A stretch of 64,000 bases of DNA from Antedon mediterranea (taxonomy: Eukaryota; Animalia; Echinodermata), in contig NC_092675.1 of the NCBI RefSeq assembly GCF_964355755.1, positions 12,891,812 through 12,955,811 of the forward strand, in the 5' to 3' direction. A program made the translations under genes and the position numbers. Positions 53,601 to 64,000 of this stretch are shown in pieces (positions within the stretch are counted from its first letter, which is position 1; each line of letters begins with the position of its first letter). Below the pieces are notes generated by a model. The model was not told the origin of the DNA. It searched no databases and saw nothing but the letters and a program-made list of their open reading frames with translations.

Positions 53601-56600
53601 TAACATAAAAACACCAAAGTGCTTAGAATAGCTTCAAATCGCATTTGGAGACGTTTTAGACCATTTTGTGATTTTCGAAAAAACTTGTTAACATAAAAAC
53701 ACGAAAGTGCTTAGAATAGCTTCAAATCGCATTTGGAGACGTTTTAGACCATTTTGTGATTTTCGAAAAAACATGTTAACATAAAAACACCAAAGTGCTT
53801 AGAATAGCTTCAAATTGTATTTGGAGACGTTTTAGACCATTTTGAGATTTTCGAAAAAACTTGGTTACACAAAAACATCAAAGTGCTTAAAATCACATTA
53901 TAAACCGTTTTAGACCATTTTGAGAATTTCGATAACACTTTTCACACAAAAACATCAAAGAGCACAAAATAGCTTAATATCGTATTTAAAAACGTTTTAG
54001 ACCATTTTGAGCATTTCGACAAAACTTTTTCACACAAAACACCAAAGTGCTTAGAATAGCTTCAAATCGCATTTGGAGACGTTTTAGACCAATTTGTGCA
54101 TTTCGATGACACTTGATTACACAAAAACATCAAAGTGCTTAAAATCACATTATAAACCGTTTTAGACCATTTTGAGCATTTCGATAACACTTTTCACACA
54201 AAAACATCAAAGAGCACAAAATAGCTTAATATCGTATTTAAAAACGTTTTAGACCATTTTGAGCATTTAGACAAAACTTTTTCACACAAAACACCAAAGT
54301 GCTTAGAATAGCTTCAAATCGCATTTGGAGACGTTTTAGACCATTTTGTGCATTTCGATGAAACTTGGTTACACAAAAACATCAAAGTGCTTAAAATCAC
54401 ATTATAAATCGTTTTAGACCATTTTGAGCATTTCGACAAAACTTTTTCACACAAAATACAAAAGTGCTTAGAATAGCTTCAAATCGCATTTCGAGACGTT
54501 TTAGACCATTTTGTGATTTTCGAAAAAACTTTTTAACATAAAAACACCAAAGTGCTTAGAATAGCTTCAAATCACATTTGGAGACGTTTTAGACCATTTT
54601 GTGATTTTCGAAAAAACTTGTTAACATAAAAACACGAAAGTGCTTAGAATAGCTTCAAATCGCATTTAGAAACGTTTTAGACCATTTTGTGATTTTCGAA
54701 AAAAATTGTTAACATAAAAACACCAAAGTGCTTAGAATCACATTATAAACCGTTTTAGACCATTTTGAGCATTTCGATAACAATTTTCACACAAAAACAT
54801 CAAAGAGCACAAAATAGCTTAATATCGTATTTAAAAATGTTTTAGACCATTTTGAGCATTTAGATAAAACTTTTTCACACAAAACACCAAAGTGCTTAGA
54901 ATAGCTTCAAATCGCATTTGGAGACGTTTTAGACCATTTTGTGATTTTTGAAAAAACTTGTTAACATAAAAACACCAAAGTGCTTAGAATAGCTTCAAAT
55001 CACATTTGGAGACGTTTTAGACCATTTTGTGATTTTCGAAAAAACTTGTTAACATAAAAACACGAAAGTGCTTAGAATAGCTTCAAATCGCATTTGGAAA
55101 CGTTTTAGACCATTTTGTGATTTTCGAAAAAAATTGTTAACATAAAAACACCAAAGTGCTTAGAATCACATTATAAACCGTTTTAGACCATTTTGAGCAT
55201 TTCGATAACAATTTTCACACAAAAACATCAAAGAGCACAAAATAGCTTAATATCGTATTTAAAAATGTTTTAGACCATTTTGAGCATTTAGATAAAACTT
55301 TTTCACACAAAACACCAAAGTGCTTAGAATAGCTTCAAATCGCATTTGGAGACGTTTTAGACCATTTTGTGATTTTTGAAAAAACTTGTTAACATAAAAA
55401 CACGAAAGTGCTTAGAATAGCTTCAAATCGCATTTGGAAACGTTTTAGACCATTTTGTGATTTTCGAAAAAACTTGTTAACATAAAAACACGAAAGTGCT
55501 TAGAATAGCTTCAAATCGCATTTGGAAACGTTTTAGACCATTTTGTGATTTTCGAAAAAACTTGTTAACATAAAAACACCAAAGTGCTTAGAATAGCTTC
55601 AAATCACATTTGGAGACGTTTTAGACCATTTTGTGATTTTCGAAAAAACTTATCAACATAAAAACACCAAAGGGTTTAGAATAGCTTCAAATCGCATTTG
55701 GAGACGTTTTAGACCATTTTGTGATTTTGAAAAAACTTGTTAACATAAAAACACCAAAGTGCTTAGAATAGCTTCAAATCGCATTTGGAGACGTTTTAGA
55801 CTATTTTGTGATTTTCGAAAAAACTTGTTAACATAAAAACACCAAAGTGCTTAGAATAGCTTCAAATCGTATTTGGAGACGTTTTAGACCATTTTGAGAT
55901 TTTCGAAAAAACTTGGTTACACAAAAACATCAAAGTGCTTAAAATCACATTATAAACCGTTTTAGACCATTTTGAGCATTTCGATAACACTTTTCACACA
56001 AAAACATCAAAGAGCACAAAATAGCTTAATATCGTATTTAAAAACGTTTTAGACCATTTTGAGCATTTCGACAAAACTTTTTCACACAAAACACCAAAGT
56101 GCTTAGAATAGCTTCAAATCGCATTTGGAGACGTTTTAGACCAATTTGTGCATTTCGATGAAACTTGATTACACATAAACATCAAAGTGCTTAAAATCAC
56201 ATTATAAACCGTTTTAGACCATTTTGAGCATTTCGATAACACTTTTCACACAAAAACATCAAAGAGCACAAAATAGCTTAATATCGTATTTAAAAACGTT
56301 TTAGACCATTTTGAGCATTTAGACAAAACTTTTTCACACAAAACACCAAAGTGCTTAGAATAGCTTCAAATCGCATTTGGAGACGTTTTAGACCATTTTG
56401 TGCATTTCGATGAAACTTGGTTACACAAAAACATCAAAGTGCTTAAAATCACATTATAAATCGTTTTAGACCATTTTGAGCATTTCGACAAAACTTTTTC
56501 ACACAAAATACCAAAGTGCTTAGAATAGCTTCAAATCGCATTTAGAGACGTTTTAGACCATTTTGTGATTTTCGAAAAAACTTTTTAACATAAAAACACC

Positions 56601-59200
56601 AAAGTGCTTAGAATAGCTTCAAATCACATTTGGAGACATTTTAGACCATTTTGTGATTTTCGAAAAAACTTGTTAACATAAAAACACGAAAGTGCTTAGA
56701 ATAGCTTCAAATCGCATTTGGAAACGTTTTAGACCATTTTGTGATTTTCGAAAAAAATTGTTAACATAAAAACACCAAAGTGCTTAGAATCACATTATAA
56801 ACCGTTTTAGACCATTTTGAGCATTTCGATAACAATTTTCACACAAAAACATCAAAGAGCACAAAATAGCTTAATATCGTATTTAAAAATGTTTTAGACC
56901 ATTTTGAGCATTTAGATAAAACTTTTTCACACAAAACACCAAAGTGCTTAGAATAGCTTCAAATCGCATTTGGAGACGTTTTAGACCATTTTGTGATTTT
57001 TGAAAAAACTTGTTAACATAAAAACACCAAAGTGCTTAGAATAGCTTCAAATCACATTTGGAGACGTTTTAGACCATTTTGTGATTTTCGAAAAAACTTG
57101 TTAACATAAAAACACGAAAGTGCTTAGAATAGCTTCAAATCGCATTTGGAAACGTTTTAGACCATTTTGTGATTTTCGAAAAAACTTGTTAACATAAAAA
57201 CACGAAAGTGCTTAGAATAGCTTCAAATCGCATTTGGAAACGTTTTAGACCATTTTGTGATTTTCAAAAAAACTTGTTAACATAAAAACACGAAAGTGCT
57301 TAGAATAGCTTCAAATCGCATTTGGAAACGTTTTAGACCATTTTGTGATTTTCGAAAAAAATTGTTAACATAAAAACACCAAAGTGTTTAGAATAGCTTC
57401 AAATCGCATTTGGAGACGTTTTAGACCAATTTGTGATTTTCGAAAAAACTTATCAACATAAAAACACCAAAGGGTTTAGAATAGCTTCAAATCGCATTTG
57501 GAGACGTTTTAGACCATTTTGTGATTTTTAAAAAACTTGTTAACATAAAAACACCAAAGTGCTTAGAATAGCTTCAAATCGCATTTGGAGACATTTTAGA
57601 CCATTTTGTGATTTTCGAAAAAACTTGTTAACATAAAAACACCAAAGTGCTTAGAATAGCTTCAAATCGTATTTGGAAACGTTTTAGACCATTTTGAGAT
57701 TTTCGAAAAAACTTGGTTACACAAAAACATCAAAGTGCTTAAAATCACATTATAAACCGTTTTAGACCATTTTGAGCATTTCGGTAACACTTTTCACACA
57801 AAAACATCAAAGAGCACAAAATAGCTTAATATCGTATTTAAAAACGTTTTAGACCATTTTGAGCATTTAGACAAAACTTTTTCACACAAAACACCAAAGT
57901 GCTTAGAATAGCTTCAAATCGCATTTGGAGACGTTTTAGACCATTTTGTGCATTTCGATGAAACTTGGTTACACAAAAACATCAAAGTGCTTAAAATCAC
58001 ATTATAAATCGTTTTAGACCATTTTGAGCATTTCGACAAAACTTTTTCACACAAAATACCAAAGTGCTTAGAATAGCTTCAAATCGCATTTGGAGACGTT
58101 TTAGACCATTTTGTGATTTTCGAAAAAACTTTTTAACATAAAAACACCAAAGTGCTTAGAATAGCTTCAAATCACATTTGGAGACGTTTTAGACCATAAG
58201 TGCTTAGAATCACATTATAAACCGTTTTAGACCATTTTGAGCATTTCGATAACAATTTTCACACAAAAACATCAAAGAGCACAAAATAGCTTAATATCGT
58301 ATTTAAAAATGTTTTAGACCATTTTGAGCATTTAGATAAAACTTTTTCACACAAAACACCAAAGTGCTTAGAATAGCTTCAAATCGCATTTGGAGACGTT
58401 TTAGACCATTTTGTGATTTTTGAAAAAACTTGTTAACATAAAAACACCAAAGTGTTTAGAATAGCTTCAAATCACATTTGGAGACGTTTTAGACCATTTT
58501 GTGATTTTCGAAAAAACTTGTTAACATAAAAACACGAAAGTGCTTAGAATAGCTTCAAATCGCATTTGGAAACGTTTTAGACCATTTTGTGATTTTCGAA
58601 AAAACTTGTTAACATAAAAACATGAAAGTGCTTAGAATAGCTTCAAATCGTATTTGGAGACGTTTTAGACCATTTTGTAATTTTCGAAAAAACTTGTTAA
58701 CATAAAAACACCAATGTGCTTAGAATAGCTTCAAATCGCATTTTGAGACGTTTTTTATACCATTTTGTGATTTCGATGAAAATTGATTACACAAAAACAT
58801 CAAAGTGCTTAAAATCACATTATAAACCGTTTTAGACCATTTTGAGCATTTCGATAACACTTTTCACACAAAAACATCAAAGAGCACAAAATAGCTTAAT
58901 ATCGTATTTAAAAACGTTTTAGACCATTTTGAGCATTTAGACAAAACTTTTTCACACAAAACACCAAAGTGCTTAGAATAGCTTCAAATCGCATTTGGAG
59001 ACGTTTTAGAACATTTTGTGTTTTTCGAAAAAAACTGTTAACATAAAAACACCAAAGTGCTTAGAATAGCTTCAAATCGCATTTGGAGACGTTTTAGAAC
59101 ATTTTGTGTTCTTCGAAAAAACCTGTTAACATAAAAACACCAAAGTGCTTAGAATAGCTTCAAATCGCATTTGGAGACGTTTTAGACCATTTTGTGATTT
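47700..59200 (+). repeat. Recent tandem segmental duplication, period 5526 bp, about 2.1 copies
   Basis: Private variants recur at an exact offset of 5526: GACACTTG 48582/54108, TCGGTAAC (C at 52256/57782), CCATAAG 52668/58194, GACGTTTTTTATACC 53221/58747. Confidence 0.92.
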
Positions 59201-60622
59201 TTGAAAAAACTTGTTAACATAAAAACACCAAAGTGCTTAGAATAGCTTCAAATCACATTTGGAGACGTTTTAGACCATTTTGTGATTTTCGAAAAAACTT
59301 GTTAACATAAAAACACGAAAGTGGTTAGAATAGCTTCAAATCGCATTTGGAAACGTTTTAGACCATTTTGTGATTTTCGAAAAAGATTGTTAACATAAAA
59401 ACACCAAAGTGCTTAGAATCACAATATAAACCGTTTTAGACCATTTTGAGCATTTCGATAACAATTTTCACACAAAAACATCAAAGAGCACAAAATAGCT
59501 TAATATCGTATTTAAAAATGTTTTAGACCATTTTGAGCATTTAGATAAAACTTTTTCACACAAAACACCAAAGTGCTTAGAATAGCTTCAAATCGCATTT
59601 GGAGACGGTTTAGACCATTTTGTGATTTTGAAAAAACTTGTTAACATAAAAACACCAAAGTGCTTAGAATAGCTTCAAATCGCATTTGGAGACGTTTTAG
59701 ACCATTTTGTGATTTTCGAAAAAACTTGTTAACATAAAAACACCAAAGTGCTTAGAATAGCTTCAAATCGTATTTGGAGACGTTTTAGACCATTTTGAGA
59801 TTTTAGAAAAAACTTGTTAACATAAAAACACGAAAGTGCTTAGAATAGCTTCAAATCGCATTTGGAAACGTTTTAGACCATTTTGTGATTTTCGAAAAAA
59901 CTTGTTAACATAAAAACACGAAAGTGCTTAGAATAGCTTCAAATCGCATTTGGAAACGTTTTAGACCATTTTGTGATTTTCGAAAAAAATTGTTAACATA
60001 AAAACACCAAAGTGCTTAGAATCACATTATAAACCGTTTTAGACCATTTTGAGCATTTCGATAACAATTTTCACACAAAAACATCAAAGAGCACAAAATA
60101 GCTTAATATCGTATTTAAAAATGTTTTAGACCATTTTGAGCATTTAGATAAAACTTTTTCACACAAAACACCAAAGTGCTTAGAATAGCTTCAAATCGCA
60201 TTTGGAGACGTTTTAGACCATTTTGTGATTTTTGAAAAAACTTGTTAACATAAAAACACCAAAGTGCTTAGAATAGCTTCAAATCACATTTGGAGACGTT
60301 TTAGACCATTTTGTGATTTTCGAAAAAACTTGTTAACATAAAAACACGAAAGTGCTTAGAATAGCTTCAAATCGCATTTGGAAACGTTTTAGACCATTTT
60401 GTGATTTTCGAAAAAACTTGTTAACATAAAAACACGAAAGTGCTTAGAATAGCTTCAAATCGCATTTGGAAACGTTTTAGACCATTTTGTGATTTTCGAA
60501 AAAACTTGTTAACATAAAAACACGAAAGTGCTTAGAATCACATTATAAACCGTTTTAGACCATTTTGAGCATTTCGATAACAATTTTCACACAAAAACAT
60601 CAAAGAGCACAAAATAACTTAA

Positions 60623-61169
60623 AGATGTATTGTCCCTTTGACTAATTCCAAAAAAATAAAAAATAAAAGATTTCGAAAAAAGGTGGGTCATTTTGAAGTA
60701 TCATAATAGTTATTAACTATCACCAAAAATTTTTTGAAAAAAAAAAAATTTAACTGAAATACAGACGTGTTTTTGTTAAAAAAATAACTTTGACTTCCAG
60801 TCAAAGTTTTCAGTCAAAACATATCCCATAAGGAAACACGCTTGTTTGGCTACTCTGTATGCATAATCATAAAACTTCCTCATGATCTGTGTGAAATAAC
60901 CTTCTTAACCGTGACGAGTTGTAAACAATCCTAATTTAGCATATGCATAATGCGTACTCATGGTTTGAAATCTTTGTTTACTTTAGCTCGTGACGATTTT
61001 CCAAATGAAATGTAATCAAACTAATTTACCTGTTAATTACGTAAACTTGTTGTTTTTGGCTAAAATTTTCGACTTAAAGTGAATAACTTTAACATTACTT
61101 TGATATGGCCACTTTAAATTTAGAATATTTTGACCTTCATTTTTTTGTGTTTCAAGGGACAATACATCT
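60623..61169. mobile_element. MITE, 547 bp, Kolobok-like (TTAA TSD, perfect 16 bp TIR)
   Basis: TTAA at 60619-60622 and 61170-61173. TIR AGATGTATTGTCCCTT at 60623-60638 and AAGGGACAATACATCT at 61154-61169. AG...CT termini, no ORF. TIR and interior differ from the 1374 bp element, so it is a separate family. Confidence 0.9.
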
Positions 61170-63914
61170 TTAATATCGTATTTATAAATGTTTTAGACCA
61201 TTTTGAGCATTTCGACAAAACTTTTTCACACAAAACACCAAAGTTCTTAGAATAGCTTCAAATCGCATTTGGAGACGTTTTAGACCATTTTGTGATTTCG
61301 ATGAAACTTGATTACACAAAAACATCAAAGTGCTTAAAATCACATTATAAACCGTTTTAGACCATTTTGAGCATTTCGATAACACTTTTCACACAAAAAC
61401 ATCAAAGAGCAAAAAATAGCTTAATATCGTATTTAAAAACGTTTTAGACCATTTTGAGCATTTAGACAAAACTTTTTCACACAAACACCAAAGTGCTTAG
61501 AATAGCTTCAAATCGCATTTGGAGACGTTTTAGAACATTTTGTGTTTTTCGAAAAAAACTGTTAACATAAAAACACCAAAGTGCTTAGAATAGCTTCAAA
61601 TCGCATTTGGAGACGTTTTAGAACATTTTGTGTTCTTCGAAAAAACCTGTTAACATAAAAACACCAAAGTGCTTAGAATAGCTTCAAATCGCATTTGGAG
61701 ACGTTTTAGACCATTTTGTGATTTTTGAAAAAACTTGTTAACATAAAAACACCAAAGTGCTTAGAATAGCTTCAAATCACATTTGGAGACGTTTTAGACC
61801 ATTTTGTGATTTTCGAAAAAACTTGTTAACATAAAAACACCAAAGTGCTTAGAATAGCGTCAAATCGTATTTGGAGACGTTTTAGACCATTTTGTGATTT
61901 TCGAAAAAACTTGTTAACATAAAAACACCAAAGTGCTTAGAATAGCTTCAAATCGCATTTGGAGACGGTTTAGACCATTTTATGATTTTGAAAAAACTTG
62001 TTAACATAAAAACACCAAAGTGCTTATAATAGCTTCAAATCGCATTTGGAGACGTTTTAGACCATTTTGTGATTTTCGAAAAAACTTGTTAACATAAAAA
62101 AACCAAAGTGCTTAGAATAGCTTCAAATCGTATTTGGAGACGTTTTAGACCATTTTGAGATTTTCGAAAAAACTTGGTTACACAAAAACATCAAAGTGCT
62201 TAAAATCACATTATAAACCGTTTTAGACCATTTTGAGCATTTCGATAACACTTTTCACACAAAAACATCAAAGAGCACAAAATAGCTTAATATCGTATTT
62301 AAAAACGTTTTAGACCATTTTGAGCATTTCGACAAAAACTTTTTCACACAAAACACCAAAGTGCTTAGAATAGCTTCAAATCGCATTTGGAGACGTTTTA
62401 GACCAATTTGTGCATTTCGATGAAACTTGATTACACAAAAACATCAAAGTGCTTAAAATCACATTATAAACCGTTTTAGACCATTTTGAGCATTTCGATA
62501 ACACTTTTCACACAAAAACATCAAAGAGCACAAAATAGCTTAATATCGTATTTAAAAACGTTTTAGACCATTTTGAGCATTTCGACAAAACTTTTTCACA
62601 CAAAACACCAAAGTGCTTAGAATAGCTTCAAATCGCATTTGGAGACGTTTTAGACCAATTTGTGCATTTCGATGAAACTTGATTACACAAAAACATCAAA
62701 GTGCTTAAAATCACATTATAAACCGTTTTAGACCTTTTTGAGCATTTCGATAACACTTTTCACACAAAAACATCAAAGAGCACAAAATAGCTTAATATCG
62801 TATTTAAAAACGTTTTAGACCATTTTGAGCATTTAGACAAAACTTTTTCACACAAAACACCAAAGTGCTTAGAATAGCTTCAAATCGCATTTGGAGACGT
62901 TTTAGACCATTTTGTGATTTTTGAAAAAACTTGTTAACATAAAAACACCAAAGTGCTTAGAATAGCTTCAAATCACATTTGGAGACGTTTTAGACCATTT
63001 TGTGATTTTCGAAAAAACTTGTTAACATAAAAACACGAAAGTGCTTAGAATAGCTTCAAATCGCATTTGGAAACGTTTTAGACCATTTTGTGATTTTCGA
63101 AAAAACTTGTTAACATAAAAACACGAAAGTGCTTAGAATCACATTATACACCGTTTTAGACCATTTTGAGCATTTCGATAACAATTTTCACACAAAAACA
63201 TCAAAGAGCACAAAATAGCTTAATATCGTATTTAAAAATGTTTTAGACCATTTTGAGCATTTAGATAAAACTTTTTCACACAAAACACCAAAGTGCTTAG
63301 AATAGCTTCAAATCGCATTTGGAGACGTTTTAGACCATTTTGTGATTTTCGAAAAAACTTGTTAACATAAAAACACGAAAGTGCTTAGAATAGCTTCAAA
63401 TCGCATTTGGAAACGTTTTAGACCATTTTGTGATTTTCGAAAAAAATTGTTAACATAAAAACACCAAAGTGTTTAGAATAGCTTCAAATCGCATTTGGAG
63501 ACGTTTTAGACCAATTTGTGATTTTCGAAAAAACTTATCAACATAAAAACACCAAAGGGTTTAGAATAGCTTCAAATCGCATTTGGAGACGTTTTAGACC
63601 ATTTTGTGATTTTGAAAAAACTTGTTAACATAAAAACACCAAAGTGCTTAGAATAGCTTCAAATCGCATTTGGAGACGTTTTAGACCATTTTGTGATTTT
63701 CGAAAAAACTTGTTAACATAAAAACACCAAAGTGCTTAGAATAGCTTCAAATCGTATTTGGAGACGTTTTAGACCATTTTGAGATTTTCGAAAAAACTTG
63801 GTTACACAAAAACATCAAAGTGCTTAAAATCACATTATAAACCGTTTTAGACCATTTTGAGCATTTCGGTAACACTTTTCACACAAAAACATCAAAGAGC
63901 ACAAAATAGCTTAA
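61170..63914 (+). repeat. Satellite DNA array, segment 4
   Basis: Same A/B/C monomers in the same orientation. Confidence 0.99.
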
Positions 63915-64000
63915 CACTTTGACTGCCAGAGGTTTTTCCAGTTAGAAACTGCCACCGCCAGCGTTTTTAGCCCAATTCGATGTTTTTATTAAAGCTGATT
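63915..64000. mobile_element. Left end of a probable piggyBac-like element, truncated by the window edge
   Basis: The satellite stops right after TTAA (63911-63914) of a C monomer and is followed by CACTTTGACTGCCAGAGG.... TTAA followed by a C(A/C)CTTT-type terminus fits piggyBac ends. The second TIR and TSD are outside the window. Confidence 0.55.

Larger units (their letters stand above)
22095..60622 (+). repeat. Satellite DNA array, segment 3 (about 38.5 kb without foreign insertion)
   Basis: Same A/B/C monomers in the same orientation; no non-satellite sequence seen. Confidence 0.98.

Noticed and set aside
33894-61385. Minus-strand ORFs with repeated SKCSKWSKT peptides (33894, 34524, 35756, 38260, 44211, 61182; also 17670)
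   Set aside because: Translations of the satellite, opened where point changes or deletions remove a stop codon; several rely on non-ATG starts, and the 17670 ORF crosses a transposon junction.
1-63914. CRISPR-like array (constant GTTTTAGACC core with variable intervening sequence)
   Set aside because: The intervening sequences are themselves repeats of only three types rather than unique spacers; there are no cas genes, and the inserted elements are eukaryotic types.

Overview
Eukaryotic, AT-rich satellite DNA array filling about 96% of the window, all in one orientation, with no credible protein-coding gene. It is built from three related monomers (A = 88 bp, B = 77 bp, C = 87 bp) that share the core GTTTTAGACCATTTTG and carry T/A tracts phased about every 10 bp. 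The monomers are arranged in nested higher-order repeats (442, 683, 1232, ~2995 and 5526 bp periods measured from shared variants). Four unrelated mobile elements interrupt the array: two non-autonomous TIR elements with TTAA duplications and AG...CT termini (Kolobok-like; 16496-17869 and 60623-61169), a tRNA-derived SINE-like element on the minus strand (21789-22094), and a probable piggyBac-like element cut by the window edge (63915-64000). The most striking observation is that all four sit at the same TTAA of the minority C monomer (GAGCACAAAATARC-TTAA-TATCG), even though most TTAA sites in the array are of other classes. Superfamily and centromere calls are inferences from terminal signatures and structure, not from database searches.
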